Below the pieces are notes generated by a model. That model had not been told where the DNA came from, searched no databases, and saw only the letters and a list, made by a program, of their open reading frames with translations. A stretch of DNA of 64,000 nucleotides, from the IMG/VR virus record IMGVR_UViG_3300037264_003342; one strand, 5' to 3'. A program made the translations under genes and the position numbers. How positions within the stretch are numbered: position 1 is the first letter of the stretch; every line of letters starts with the position of its first letter. This DNA is from an uncultured virus (IMG/VR IMGVR_UViG_3300037264_003342) (taxonomy: Duplodnaviria > Heunggongvirae > Uroviricota > Caudoviricetes). Positions 9,141 to 18,645 of this stretch are shown here, one piece after another.

Positions 9141-9589
9141 GCTTGTCGGGTCTTACGGGCCGCGCGATCGACGTTCGAGATGACTTTTACGAAGTGCGGG
9201 TTCCTCAGAGCCTGAACTCCGGCCGGATGTCGACGGCCTTGTCGAACGGCCTGAATAGCCTGCGCGGCCGGCATGCCGTCGAGCACGAGCGCCAGAGCAA
9301 CGACAAGGCCCGAGCGGTTGATGCCCTGGGCGCAGGTCACGAGCACCCGAAGTCCTTGCCGGCGTAGCTCGTTCACGCGGCGTGCTCCGCGCAGAGCGAG
9401 CTTCACCTCGGCCGGCGTAGGCTCGTGATCGTCGAGGGGGACGCGGACGAGGATGCGCGGAGGATCTGGATGCTCAAAATGTTCTTGTAGCTCCTTCGCA
9501 CAGAGGACAAGAGCATTGAACTCGTATCGTACCGGGCCCCTCGGGTAAGAGCCCATCCAGAGCTTCGTGGCGATGCGTTGCGCGTCCAT
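9116..9589 (-). CDS. Dual-specificity/tyrosine phosphatase family protein
   Basis: CX5R loop VLVTCAQGINRSG, upstream PLDD, and a C-terminal NPHF. Confidence 0.85.
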   Translation of the reverse strand: MDAQRIATKLWMGSYPRGPVRYEFNALVLCAKELQEHFEHPDPPRILVRVPLDDHEPTPAEVKLALRGARRVNELRRQGLRVLVTCAQGINRSGLVVALALVLDGMPAAQAIQAVRQGRRHPAGVQALRNPHFVKVISNVDRAARKTRQAHGLAPNR

Positions 9590-10305
9590 CAGTCAGATTG
9601 AGCAGGCACGGGGGACCAGACGTTCAAGCACACGACGTTGCCGGTCATCGACATCTCGCGCGCGATTATGCGTTCTCGTTCGCTGAGAATGTGACTCATG
9701 GAGACGAACGTCACATCCCCTGGGGGAATGCCGAAACTGCCAAGTAGAAGCTCCGTGCCGTCTTCCAACACGAAGTTTACGATAGCTGTAGCGGGGTCTG
9801 GGGACCGATTCACAAACACGCTGCCGCCTAAGACCCCGGAGATGTTCCTCTGAGCGGCCTTCGGCGAGGGTGTGATGTCCTGAAACTCTGAAGTTAACAC
9901 GACACGGGTTGCCCGAAGTGGACTGCCGCCTGGGCAATCCACTAGATCGAAATGCACCCGACCAGAAGACCACTGGGCTCCTGTAAACGGATGGACGCGA
10001 ACCGCGAGCCTTTCAGATGGATCTTGAATGATTGGAGGGCCAAACGGGGCAGACTCCCCCGGAGCAATCGGTCCTACTAGGGGAGAAAGTGGAACCTCCC
10101 CGATGGTGGGGTTAATGAGAACAAGCTGAACTGTGAGAGTGCGAACTCCCGGTCCTGGTGGAGTGGTGTTCCAAATCAACCCACTCGTCTGTCGAAAAAT
10201 CCCTCTCCCCGCCGCAGGACTAACTGCCTCCGGCTCTGACGTGCTGAGTTGCCCGTCCAATGAGACGAAGAGGGGTCGTACAAGGCTGTGAAAAAAGAAC
10301 GGCAT
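9589..10305 (-). CDS. Hypothetical beta-rich protein (lower GC)
   Basis: 238-aa ORF coupled to its neighbours. Confidence 0.6.
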   Translation of the reverse strand: MPFFFHSLVRPLFVSLDGQLSTSEPEAVSPAAGRGIFRQTSGLIWNTTPPGPGVRTLTVQLVLINPTIGEVPLSPLVGPIAPGESAPFGPPIIQDPSERLAVRVHPFTGAQWSSGRVHFDLVDCPGGSPLRATRVVLTSEFQDITPSPKAAQRNISGVLGGSVFVNRSPDPATAIVNFVLEDGTELLLGSFGIPPGDVTFVSMSHILSERERIIAREMSMTGNVVCLNVWSPVPAQSD

Positions 10306-10310
10306 CTCTC

Positions 10311-10565
10311 TCAGCTCCTCGCAATGGCGTAGCCGACCGCAAAGATCCCGATAGCAGCGGCAAGAGCCGTCCCCTGGTTCAGGATGACCTTCTTGGAAGC
10401 GTCGAACCCCGAGAGCGTTCGACTCTCGGCCGTGCGCTGCTTGTTCACCGTCGAAGCAGCGATCCTCTTGCAGGTGCGGAGCGCCCGACGGCCGTCAGTC
10501 TTCCGGCAGCCCTTCAAGATGTGCTTGTACTGGCGCTCGTCCTTCTTCGACCATGCTGCAGGCAT
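10311..10565 (-). CDS. Small basic protein with C-terminal TM helix
   Basis: MPAAWSKKDERQYKHI...IAASTVNKQR, then LSGFDA and a hydrophobic tail. Confidence 0.7.
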   Translation of the reverse strand: MPAAWSKKDERQYKHILKGCRKTDGRRALRTCKRIAASTVNKQRTAESRTLSGFDASKKVILNQGTALAAAIGIFAVGYAIARS

Positions 10566-10580
10566 CGGAGATTCTCCCTT

Positions 10581-10904
10581 TCAACCGTAGCGAACAGACT
10601 TGCCCGGTCGTAGTCGTAGTCTGCAGCGCAGAGCTTGTCGGATCCGGCCCACCGGAGCCAAGCGCCCGTTCGGCAGAACGAAGAAGAGCCGATGGAAGTA
10701 CTTCCGGCCTTTCCTTCCGCTTGCACCTAGGGGGCCCTTGCCGCTCTTGAACAGGACGACAGTGTGGCCGTCCACGTCGAACACGCCCTTGCGGTCCTTC
10801 GGGATCGTCCTGTGCTGCACGCCGATCGCCTCGTACACGCGGTACATGATGTCGTTTCCCGCGCCTCGGTAGTCGCACAAGTTCTTTGTAAGCGGCTCTC
10901 TCAC
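10581..10904 (-). CDS. Hypothetical basic protein
   Basis: GTG start with AGGAGG RBS, in operon. Confidence 0.6.
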   Translation of the reverse strand: MREPLTKNLCDYRGAGNDIMYRVYEAIGVQHRTIPKDRKGVFDVDGHTVVLFKSGKGPLGASGRKGRKYFHRLFFVLPNGRLAPVGRIRQALRCRLRLRPGKSVRYG

Positions 10905-10920
10905 GTCGGACCTCCTGCCT

Positions 10921-11325
10921 TCACTCTATCGGGTTCCTGATCACCCGCCGAAGTACACGAGAAGCAAGAGCAACACCCGGCTCCCATTCCTCTGGACTTC
11001 CGTCACTCGATACCTTGATCTCTGAACCGTAGATGTCCTTCGCCGCCGCCAAACAAGCGGTGACGACGATGTCGTACGGCCTCTGCCCCGTCTTGCAGAA
11101 ATTGTGGCCTGCATCGCCAGGGAATAGGAACGTCTCGTAATCGTCAGGACTTCGACCGTTGAAAACGATCTCTTTCCTCGACGCTTTGGGTTCGCCGGTT
11201 CCATCCCCTCCGGCCAGAGGTACCGGAGAATTCTTGGCGATCTTAACCATCGCCGAGATCACTGCCGATGGCCTCTTGCTGTGCTTCGAGATGTCTGCGA
11301 CTTCCCAGTAGTGCGTGTAGCCCAT
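10921..11325 (-). CDS. Conserved phage hypothetical protein (MGYTHYW-type)
   Basis: MGYTHYW...FNG...YETF...FCKT..RPYD..V.A.L...VSSDG; start reassigned. Confidence 0.75.
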   Translation of the reverse strand: MGYTHYWEVADISKHSKRPSAVISAMVKIAKNSPVPLAGGDGTGEPKASRKEIVFNGRSPDDYETFLFPGDAGHNFCKTGQRPYDIVVTACLAAAKDIYGSEIKVSSDGSPEEWEPGVALASRVLRRVIRNPIE

Positions 11326-11327
11326 TG

Positions 11328-11822
11328 CTACTTCCTTCCCAGTACTTCGACGTCCTGCGGCGCGACACCTTGTACGCCGGTCTTCTTCCACTTGATGTAG
11401 AGGATCCCTCCGCCTGGGCCGCGCATGAAGCTACTCTTGCCCGCTCCGAGCGACACTGTAGTCACTGCCCCTTCTTCGCCGCTCTCGGGCGGCTTCGAGT
11501 AGAGAAGCAGACTGGCGGGGTTCGGCGTGAAGCGAACGCGCGTGCCGACAGGAGTGCGGAGCGTTGCGCGCCGTTCGAGGTCGCTCAGGCCTTCTTTGCG
11601 AACTCCGTTGCTCTTCCCGCTTCCACTCTCCTCGTCGATCGATGTCACATAGCCCCGTTCGTCCACGAGCAAGCCCTGGCGGAGCGCAGCGCGGATGGCT
11701 TCCGTCTTGCGGTGATAGAACATCGGGCCGTCGCCCATGCGCAGAAGTTGATCTCCGCCGAAGGTGAACACGAAGGCCTGGTTCGCCTTCGAGTACATGA
11801 GACGTGTCGCCGGCTCTGTCAC
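11328..11822 (-). CDS. Hypothetical protein
   Basis: Overlapping start/stop with neighbours. Confidence 0.6.
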   Translation of the reverse strand: MTEPATRLMYSKANQAFVFTFGGDQLLRMGDGPMFYHRKTEAIRAALRQGLLVDERGYVTSIDEESGSGKSNGVRKEGLSDLERRATLRTPVGTRVRFTPNPASLLLYSKPPESGEEGAVTTVSLGAGKSSFMRGPGGGILYIKWKKTGVQGVAPQDVEVLGRK

Positions 11823-12376
11823 GCAGCTTTCCTCCGCTTCTTTGGCGCGAGTAGCTCGTGGACCTCGTCAGCTCGCGCGGCCCAGACGCGCAGACACAGA
11901 GCCTCGGCGATGTTGTCCGAGAGGCAGCGCGGCTCGCCGAGCTTCTGGTGAATGTACTCGATCGCGAACTTCTTGAGGCTCGCCCGGTCTTTCGGCCGGC
12001 GCTTCCCGAAGACGGCCGCCCTCCAGGTCTGATGGTGGACGCGCACGATGTGGGCCGTGCGGTGGGCCCCCTCGTACTCGATGGCGGCCCGCCACATGCC
12101 CCAGCTCTCGACGAGCGTTACGTAGGAGCTGTAGGACATCCCGGCAGTCCACTGCTCGCCTACGATGACGAGCGGGAGCTTGCACTCGATAGCCGCACGC
12201 ACGGCGTCTCGCACCCACTGGTGGCGCTCCTTCTGAGAGCTGACCTCGGCGTAGCTCGGGGAGCTGTACCCCCGAACGACGCCCCGGTCGTCAATCTCGG
12301 GCTCGCTCAGGGCGACCCCGCTCTTCGAGGCGCTGTCGATCGTCAGAAAGACGGCCTTCGCGAGCGAGCCCTGCAT
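11819..12376 (-). CDS. RuvC-like (RNase H fold) nuclease/resolvase
   Basis: LTIDSASKSGVA, VIVGEQ, V...TWR..V.G and DNIAEALCL follow the RuvC motif order. Confidence 0.65.
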   Translation of the reverse strand: MQGSLAKAVFLTIDSASKSGVALSEPEIDDRGVVRGYSSPSYAEVSSQKERHQWVRDAVRAAIECKLPLVIVGEQWTAGMSYSSYVTLVESWGMWRAAIEYEGAHRTAHIVRVHHQTWRAAVFGKRRPKDRASLKKFAIEYIHQKLGEPRCLSDNIAEALCLRVWAARADEVHELLAPKKRRKAA

Positions 12377-12797
12377 GAGGGCGGATTATCGCATCAAGGA
12401 GTGGACCGCGTCCACTACGAACCGAAACCGCAGAATCCCGTTGCGACCCACGTCCGGCGGAGCCCCAGGCACGGGCTCGGGCTCGATGCTCACGCCGAGC
12501 CGGCCGTCGTCGCAGACCGGGAAGTAGACCGTGGCGAGGGCCGCTTCCCGAGTGAGCGGAGCAGGAGGGGCCGGCTGGAGCAAGCCTTTCGGGATTCGCC
12601 TGCTCGTACGCCAGTCGACGAGCTGAATCTCGAACGTGACTGGGCCTCCCTCGTGAACCACCTCGAAGATCCACCTCTTCGAGTTCTGCTCCCCGACGAA
12701 GACGGAATCGACAACCCCCTCGACAGGGAGGATACGACCCAAGCGACAAAGAATTTGCATTCGCGGAGCCTCGCCTACTCTGTGCGTTTGCGCAAGC

Positions 12798-13017
12798 TCA
12801 CGTCGCGGCGTTCTTGGCCGCGACCGAGGAGCTGAACCGGCCGAGGAGCTTCAAGAAGTTCCCCGACTGGCGGAGGTAGAGCGCCCAGGGGAGCCACTGC
12901 TTCTCGGGGACGAGGTCCGGGCGATTGTCATCGTCCGTCACGACATGCGTGTCCGAGGTGAAGACCGTGTAGCGCCGATCGTAGCCTTTCAGAACTTCCT
13001 TCTTCCAGGTCCGCATG
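12798..13017 (-). CDS. Small hypothetical protein (start approximate)
   Basis: ORF lies directly downstream of a TGAATA-N16-CGTCTAA motif. Confidence 0.45.
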
Positions 13018-13043
13018 CCGGTTAGACGCACGAGACGCGCGGT

Positions 13044-13316
13044 CTATTCAACGTCAGGTTTCTTGAACCAGATGGGTGTGTGCTCGCCAACCCACGCTCC
13101 GACGACGTTGAACTCGACCCACTCGACGGCCTCTTCGTAGTTCATGCCGTCGCGTTGCATGAAGCAGTCCACGACCTTGTCGTAGTCGTAGACCGCGAGC
13201 GTTGGCGCTCCGCAACGACGAGCGACGCCGATGCAAGCTGCTTCGAGTCCGTCAGCGAAGAGGGCCTCGGGGTTCTCTTCGGCCAAGATCTCTTTCACTT
13301 CGTCGAAGATCGTCAT
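13044..13316 (-). CDS. Conserved phage hypothetical protein
   Basis: ADGLE.A.IG...AVYDY.K...M.YEEAVEW.EFNV.GAWVGE.TP pattern. Confidence 0.75.
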   Translation of the reverse strand: MTIFDEVKEILAEENPEALFADGLEAACIGVARRCGAPTLAVYDYDKVVDCFMQRDGMNYEEAVEWVEFNVVGAWVGEHTPIWFKKPDVE

Positions 13317-13879
13317 ACGAACATCGTTCTGCCGATGACCGTGCTACTCACATGCCGCGCAGGGATGCAACGTCGCCCTGCGATCGTGTCGGCCTCCACG
13401 CGATTGGACGCGCACGGAGGAGCGGAGAGACTCCTTGGGTGAACGAAGAACGTGTACCCCGCGTTCGCATGGTCGCCTCGAAGTACGCGTTCCACGAACG
13501 CTTTCGCAGCTCCCCATCGCGAAGATGTTGGAGCTTGCATGTAGCGCGTCCGGTAGCGGTCGTCCGCGTTCCACGATCGTCCATCGCTTCGAGCCCCAGG
13601 CGCAACAACAGAAGCCAAAGACATGCCCCATTGCTTCGACCTGTTCAGAGCGACGAAGACGATCTGCGTCATCTCTGCTTCGCCGAGCCCGAAATCTGTC
13701 TCTGCTATCAGCATCCGAGTCAGCGCATCAGTCGCGCTCGTCTGCGAGCGCGGTGCGAAGAGGAATCCCAACACCGCGAGCCCGCCGAAGACCCACGGAG
13801 CGTACTCAGACTCGACGAATTTTCTTGCAATGGCGGCCGGTGTATTTGCAGTCCAGCTCGTACCATTTTCGGAGGGCAT
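13313..13879 (-). CDS. Cell-wall hydrolase (SleB/Hydrolase_2-like) with N-terminal TM helix
   Basis: DALTRMLIAE, VFVALNR, SLASVV, TFFVHP, IGRTMF. Confidence 0.6.
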   Translation of the reverse strand: MPSENGTSWTANTPAAIARKFVESEYAPWVFGGLAVLGFLFAPRSQTSATDALTRMLIAETDFGLGEAEMTQIVFVALNRSKQWGMSLASVVAPGARSDGRSWNADDRYRTRYMQAPTSSRWGAAKAFVERVLRGDHANAGYTFFVHPRSLSAPPCASNRVEADTIAGRRCIPARHVSSTVIGRTMFV

Positions 13880-13985
13880 CTCGCTTCCTAACGTAACATC
13901 GGCGGCGGCCTTTGGCGACGATCACCCGGCCCGTGACCTCGTTGTGGACGCACCAGAGCCGGCCGTGCTTGGCGATCCAGCCCAT
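13806..13985 (-). CDS. 59-aa basic Cys-containing protein (MGWIAKHGRLWCVHNEV...)
   Basis: Hand-translated; ATG overlaps the upstream TGA. Below the ORF-track cut-off. Confidence 0.5.
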   Translation of the reverse strand: MGWIAKHGRLWCVHNEVTGRVIVAKGRRRCYVRKRDALRKWYELDCKYTGRHCKKIRRV

Positions 13986-14491
13986 CAGAGCCTCTGGGCC
14001 ACGAAGCTCAGGAGCCGCTCGCCGAGCTTGGGGTCGACCTTGCGCGTCAGGGCCTCCATGCAGGCTCGCACCTCGGAGCGCACTGGGCCCTTGACGACGC
14101 TCGGCCAGATCGCCGGCCAGACGAGCCGGACCTTGAAACCTCGGTCGGAGTCCGAGACGCGGACGACTGCAGGGTCAGAGCGCGAGAGCTTCGGGGCGAT
14201 CGGGCACGCTGTCGGAAGTTGGTTGGCGATCTTGATTGCACTCTTCCGAACATCACTCGTGATGTCGCCGGCAAAGAGCTTCTCGAAACCGCTCGCTCGC
14301 ACTTCGAGCAGCACTTCGAGCGGGCCCGCGTACTGCTGTTGCTGCGGCTCGACTGGAGGAGTCAGCCGTTTGATGTCGGTAGGAGTGAACGGCTCGTCCG
14401 GTACTTCCTCTTTGCGACGAAGCAAGAGAGCTACGAGGCCCGTCAGCACAGCTCCTCCGATGGCCCAAGGGAGCCAACGTGGCTCGGCCAT
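13985..14491 (-). CDS. Hypothetical protein with N-terminal TM helix
   Basis: WLPWAIGGAVLTGLVALLLRRK. Confidence 0.7.
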   Translation of the reverse strand: MAEPRWLPWAIGGAVLTGLVALLLRRKEEVPDEPFTPTDIKRLTPPVEPQQQQYAGPLEVLLEVRASGFEKLFAGDITSDVRKSAIKIANQLPTACPIAPKLSRSDPAVVRVSDSDRGFKVRLVWPAIWPSVVKGPVRSEVRACMEALTRKVDPKLGERLLSFVAQRL

Positions 14492-15021
14492 CAGCGCCCC
14501 CGCTTGGCCATTCGCTCCGCGTCTGCAACAGAGCGGATGTGCGGATTGTTTGCTCCGTACTTGGCCATGATCTCAGCTCCGCGACGCGTGCGGAACGGAC
14601 CAATGGCGGCCCCGTACTTCTTTCCGTGGCTGCTATCGGTCGGCGTCTTCTTGCTCCTGAACACTTCGCGGCCTTTGCCGCTGATGCCGACGTACAGGCC
14701 GGCGAGACTCGGGAGTGTCGACGTGTCGCCCTGGAGCTTGCAGCGGATCTCTCGACCCTGCTTGTGACACACCGCGCTCGCGGGTGAGAGCACGAAGCCC
14801 ATGCGCGCCGGACCCGACACCGTCATCCCGCGAAAGCTCACGCTGCTCGCCTTGACGGTCCTCGAAGGGTAGTTCCCCGTCACGCCACCTGGCTTCTCGT
14901 AAGTGTGCTGACCTCGCTCCATCTGGCCGTCGCGCACGCAGCGGTAGCGGATCTCAGCTCGACCTTTGCCGTCGAGTTCGATGGAGTGAACGATGCAGTG
15001 CTTGGGAACGAGACGAGCCAT
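14491..15021 (-). CDS. Hypothetical basic protein
   Basis: Coupled ORF rich in K/R. Confidence 0.65.
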   Translation of the reverse strand: MARLVPKHCIVHSIELDGKGRAEIRYRCVRDGQMERGQHTYEKPGGVTGNYPSRTVKASSVSFRGMTVSGPARMGFVLSPASAVCHKQGREIRCKLQGDTSTLPSLAGLYVGISGKGREVFRSKKTPTDSSHGKKYGAAIGPFRTRRGAEIMAKYGANNPHIRSVADAERMAKRGR

Positions 15022-15365
15022 CAGCTTCTCCCACGCCTACGCAACCGCCACTCATTGTAGCTCTTCGGGATCTCGTCGACCTCACCTTGGGCGTCGTCCT
15101 CTGCGTAGGCCGACTCGATCCTGTTACTCGTGTGGTCGTCGTAGAGTTCGGGGTCTTCCCAGTTGACGTCAGAGCCGACGACGCGCCAGCCGCTGTTGTC
15201 TTTGTCCACGATGGCCTGGACGATCTGGTCGCGCTCGTTCCAGGCCGTGGCGAAGGACAGAGCACCACCGTCCGAGGTGAGGAAGAAGATCGGATACCCG
15301 CCTGGCCAGGCGTACGGACCTTCCTTCAAGGCGTTGCCGAAATCCTTGGGAGTCTTGATCTGCAT
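15021..15365 (-). CDS. Conserved phage hypothetical protein
   Basis: YAWPGGYP.FF.T.DGG.L...W.VVG.DVNWED..LY.D....IESAY pattern. Confidence 0.7.
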   Translation of the reverse strand: MQIKTPKDFGNALKEGPYAWPGGYPIFFLTSDGGALSFATAWNERDQIVQAIVDKDNSGWRVVGSDVNWEDPELYDDHTSNRIESAYAEDDAQGEVDEIPKSYNEWRLRRRGRS

Positions 15366-15370
15366 GGTGT

Positions 15371-15940
15371 TCACCACCTCTTCGGCAAGAGGGAACAACT
15401 CCCGAGCTTACAGATGTCCTTCCGCGTTGCAATGACCGCTCGGCCGCCGTCGCGGAGTTTGTCGTGTAGCTCCTGCACCACTTGCTTCGCTTCGCTCTCG
15501 GGGATCACGTTCAAGGTGAAGATCGAGAAGACCTCCGAGAACTGTCCCGTCGGCGCTCGGCGGTCTTCGGACCTCGGGCTGTACTTGTCGTAGCCGACAG
15601 CTTCGCATCCGCCGCGACCCATCGCGACGAGGCCTTTCTGGTCTTTGCCGATGCCGTGGTAGAGCCGGCGACACGCGGCCGGCGCTCCTCGGATCTCAGA
15701 GCGGAGCGGCACGGCGGGCTTCTTGCGCGCGATGGCCGTCTTGAACGGACTCGCAGGCCCGACCGAGTACTGGCCCCAGGCTACTTGACGGTTCCAGTCC
15801 TTGAGGAGATCTCTCAACTCACTCTTCGTGAAGACCCAAGTCGCTGAGACGCCGTTCGAGCGGACAGGCTTCTTCTTGAAGGTGACGCAAGCTTGGTTGT
15901 TGCGGCTCTGGCGCGGAGCAGTCGCGCAACGAATTCTCAC
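15371..15940 (-). CDS. Class I SAM-dependent methyltransferase-like protein (atypical motif I)
   Basis: LYHGIGKD, VGYDKY, FSEVFSIFTLNVI, L+DGG.AVIATR. Confidence 0.55.
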   Translation of the reverse strand: MRIRCATAPRQSRNNQACVTFKKKPVRSNGVSATWVFTKSELRDLLKDWNRQVAWGQYSVGPASPFKTAIARKKPAVPLRSEIRGAPAACRRLYHGIGKDQKGLVAMGRGGCEAVGYDKYSPRSEDRRAPTGQFSEVFSIFTLNVIPESEAKQVVQELHDKLRDGGRAVIATRKDICKLGSCSLLPKRW

Positions 15941-16341
15941 GACGGAAGCTCCGAGGCCCAGCTATCTTCGCCGCCCCAGTAGGCGATCTCAGCGACACCG
16001 ATGCTCGCGGCCCAACGAGCGAGTTCCTTCGGCGTCTTCGGCCGCTTCTTTCCGTGCTTCTTCAAGAGAGCGATGATGTCCTCGGTGTCGAACGTGACCT
16101 TCTGTAGGCCGTACGGTTCCGACGGGTCGTCTGGCTCGGAGCCGGCGGCGTAGAAGTTCGTGTACTCCGTCACGATGATCTCGCCGGGCTCGATCTCGAC
16201 CATCGTTGCGTAGTCGCCTTCTTGGCCCCCAGGCCCGTACCAGATGGCTTCGGCGGCTCTCGCATTGGGGTAGCCGCGCCACACGTCGGGAACACGGAAC
16301 GGCTCTTCGCGCCACTGCTCGACGGTCTGCGACCGGATCAT
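15937..16341 (-). CDS. Hypothetical protein
   Basis: Coupled ORF. Confidence 0.6.
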   Translation of the reverse strand: MIRSQTVEQWREEPFRVPDVWRGYPNARAAEAIWYGPGGQEGDYATMVEIEPGEIIVTEYTNFYAAGSEPDDPSEPYGLQKVTFDTEDIIALLKKHGKKRPKTPKELARWAASIGVAEIAYWGGEDSWASELPS

Positions 16342-16746
16342 CGTCCCCGCCGCCGTCGCTTCGCTCTCTCGTAGTCACTGCAGAGGAGATGCCTGGCTCG
16401 CACCTTCCTCTGCGGAGTGAGCTTTGTGCCCTTCGGGTAGCGGATCGAGTTGATCACGCGCCCGCGCGAATTCCAAAGAAGCGCGAGAGGGTAAGTCTCC
16501 TCTATGAAAGTCACACGGCACTTGGCCATCAGCGCACCCTCTCTCAGCACTCGCTCAAGTGCTCGCCAAGCTCCGTGAGATTGAGGTATTCGTGACGGGG
16601 CTCTTCGCTACTGAAGAACACGAAACCCGCTCGTAGGAGGTAGCGAACTATTTCCTCTGGGTGGTTCCCGACCCAGTGGCCGCCATCCTGCTCGCCGATA
16701 CTCCGAAGACGCCGAACCAGCTCTTTCACCGGGGGATGGCGAGGCA

Positions 16747-16992
16747 TCAATCCCTCTTGAAAACGTGAACGTGGTCGCCGCTCGGCAACGTGCCGTGCGC
16801 GAGGCCGTCCTGCGCGCGGCGCTCCCAGCCGAACTTTCGGATCAACGCCAGGGCTGCGACTTTGTGGTTGTCGTCGATGTCGAGGGCGTGGTCGTAGGGT
16901 ACGAAGATCTTCCCCGCCGCTGCCTCCGCCGAGATGCGCGAGCCGCGAACATTCCCTGGGCCGTGGTACTTGGTGAGTATCGCTTGTGCCAT
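16747..16992 (-). CDS. Conserved phage hypothetical protein
   Basis: AILTKYHGP.N.RGSRI.A...YDH.L...NH..AA.AL..K.GW pattern. Confidence 0.65.
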   Translation of the reverse strand: MAQAILTKYHGPGNVRGSRISAEAAAGKIFVPYDHALDIDDNHKVAALALIRKFGWERRAQDGLAHGTLPSGDHVHVFKRD

Positions 16993-17003
16993 TTCACGCT
17001 CCC

Positions 17004-17180
17004 TCAACGACGCTTAGCACAGCCGACCTGCTTCCACGTTCGGCCAACTTTGCGATGGACACACGCCTTCATGTTTCCCATCGTCACGGCCCAACGAGCC
17101 TGTGCTGCTGCCTCCCGACGCGTCGCGAAGGTGTTGCTCTTCCGAGTGCTGGAATAGGTGACCTTCCACTTGCCGGCCAT
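17004..17180 (-). CDS. 58-aa basic protein (MAGKWKVTYSSTRK...)
   Basis: Hand-translated; ATG overlaps the upstream TGA and the ORF fills the gap. Confidence 0.55.
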   Translation of the reverse strand: MAGKWKVTYSSTRKSNTFATRREAAAQARWAVTMGNMKACVHRKVGRTWKQVGCAKRR

Positions 17181-17935
17181 CACGCCCCCTGGCCCAAGTA
17201 CGACCGGCCCTCGCTCTCAGCGACCAGCTCTTGGAAGTACTCCGGGCTCACCGGGTTGACGAGCACAGTGCCCGTCGTTCCCTTGTCGTAACGTCGAGTG
17301 AGACTCCCTGGGTCGACGTAGACGACCGGCACAGCCGTTGTCGAAGGGCAGTCGCGGTTGAAGCCGCCGTCACAGATGAACGTGCGCTTGCCTGTGCCCT
17401 CGGCGAGCCGCTGGGCCGTGTTGACGGCTTCGAGGTAGCGCTGCGGGTAGACCTCGGGCTTGTAGGTCCGAGGGAAGGGGTTGTGGCTCACGACGTAGTT
17501 CGGTCGGCCGACGAGCTGCGGCACGCCTCGGTTGTTGAACACGAGCCGCTGGCCGCCGGGTCGGAACTCGGCGATCGGATGGGCGTCGGGGTACCCAGGC
17601 AGGTAGCCGAAGCCGCGCCGGACGTGGGAGGGGAAGCGGGCTGGGTTTCGGGTCGTCGGGCCGCAGGCCTTGCACGGAATCCCGCCCCGAGCGCCAGAGC
17701 CCTCTCGACCCCAGCGGACGACCCGGAACGGCGTGCCCCGGAGCGTGCAGAGAGTTCCGCATTCGCGGAGCGCCTTCCCGAGCGACGAGTAGTGGTTGAG
17801 CCACTTCGGAGCCGGATAGGTCGGCATCACGATCTGATACGGCCCTTCGTCGGCCTTGCCGTAATCGTCGATCGAGAAGGCCGCCTTCTCGGACATCGCC
17901 TGCTCGCTGAAAGGGTCGTTCGAGGCGGAGAGCAT
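17180..17935 (-). CDS. Hypothetical protein
   Basis: 251-aa coupled ORF. Confidence 0.65.
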   Translation of the reverse strand: MLSASNDPFSEQAMSEKAAFSIDDYGKADEGPYQIVMPTYPAPKWLNHYSSLGKALRECGTLCTLRGTPFRVVRWGREGSGARGGIPCKACGPTTRNPARFPSHVRRGFGYLPGYPDAHPIAEFRPGGQRLVFNNRGVPQLVGRPNYVVSHNPFPRTYKPEVYPQRYLEAVNTAQRLAEGTGKRTFICDGGFNRDCPSTTAVPVVYVDPGSLTRRYDKGTTGTVLVNPVSPEYFQELVAESEGRSYLGQGA

Positions 17936-18234
17936 CAGGCCTCCGCCGCGAGAGCGTCGTCCATGAATTCCTTGGCGAACTTCAGGGCTCGCGCCGGCAG
18001 GGTGTCCAGTTTGACAGACTTACCCAGAGCACGGAACCGCTCTCTCTTGTGACTCAAAAACTGCGACATCGTGATGTTTCCGTGCTGACCGAACCCTTGA
18101 GGGCTGTACGGATTTTCGTCGAAGCCGACGTACGCCACGCTGCCATCGTAATCTACTGGCCGAGTATCGAAAAGGGTGTAGCGGTCAGCCGTCCTCCCCC
18201 CGTTGTCGAGGAGCACGAAGCGCCTGGTCCTCAC
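17935..18234 (-). CDS. Hypothetical protein
   Basis: GTG start overlapping the upstream stop; DNGGRTADRYT...PQGFGQHG. Confidence 0.6.
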   Translation of the reverse strand: MRTRRFVLLDNGGRTADRYTLFDTRPVDYDGSVAYVGFDENPYSPQGFGQHGNITMSQFLSHKRERFRALGKSVKLDTLPARALKFAKEFMDDALAAEA

Positions 18235-18611
18235 AGGATGGCCTTCCCGTTGCCCTCGGCCGCCTTCTCGATGCCGTAGCACTGCTTCACGACGTTGGCG
18301 ACCTTGCGCCTCGTCATCAAGCCCTTGAAGAACATGAAGATGCGCGTGGGCGGCACCTGGCACTTGGCGTGCAAGTAGACCGGCGGTGCCTCGGGGTAGA
18401 GCACGACCGGGACCATGTCGAGCTTCCTGTCGCCCATGGCGAAGAGCCCGCCGCACTGCTGACAGACGCGACGGCCCTTGTGGATGGCCACGATGCCGAG
18501 CCGGCCGTCCTTGCCGGTGATGAGGTCGACGCCGTCGAAGACGGCCGCGTCGGCCGCGACCTTCAGCTCGTCTTCGGTTTCGCGGCGAAAGAGGAGTTCT
18601 AGACCAGACAC
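18231..18611 (-). CDS. Hypothetical protein with CxxC...HxxC
   Basis: CQQCG and LHAKC. Confidence 0.6.
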   Translation of the reverse strand: MSGLELLFRRETEDELKVAADAAVFDGVDLITGKDGRLGIVAIHKGRRVCQQCGGLFAMGDRKLDMVPVVLYPEAPPVYLHAKCQVPPTRIFMFFKGLMTRRKVANVVKQCYGIEKAAEGNGKAIL

Positions 18612-18645
18612 GGGGGCCTCTGTTTCACATGAAACGGTTTGTCGG

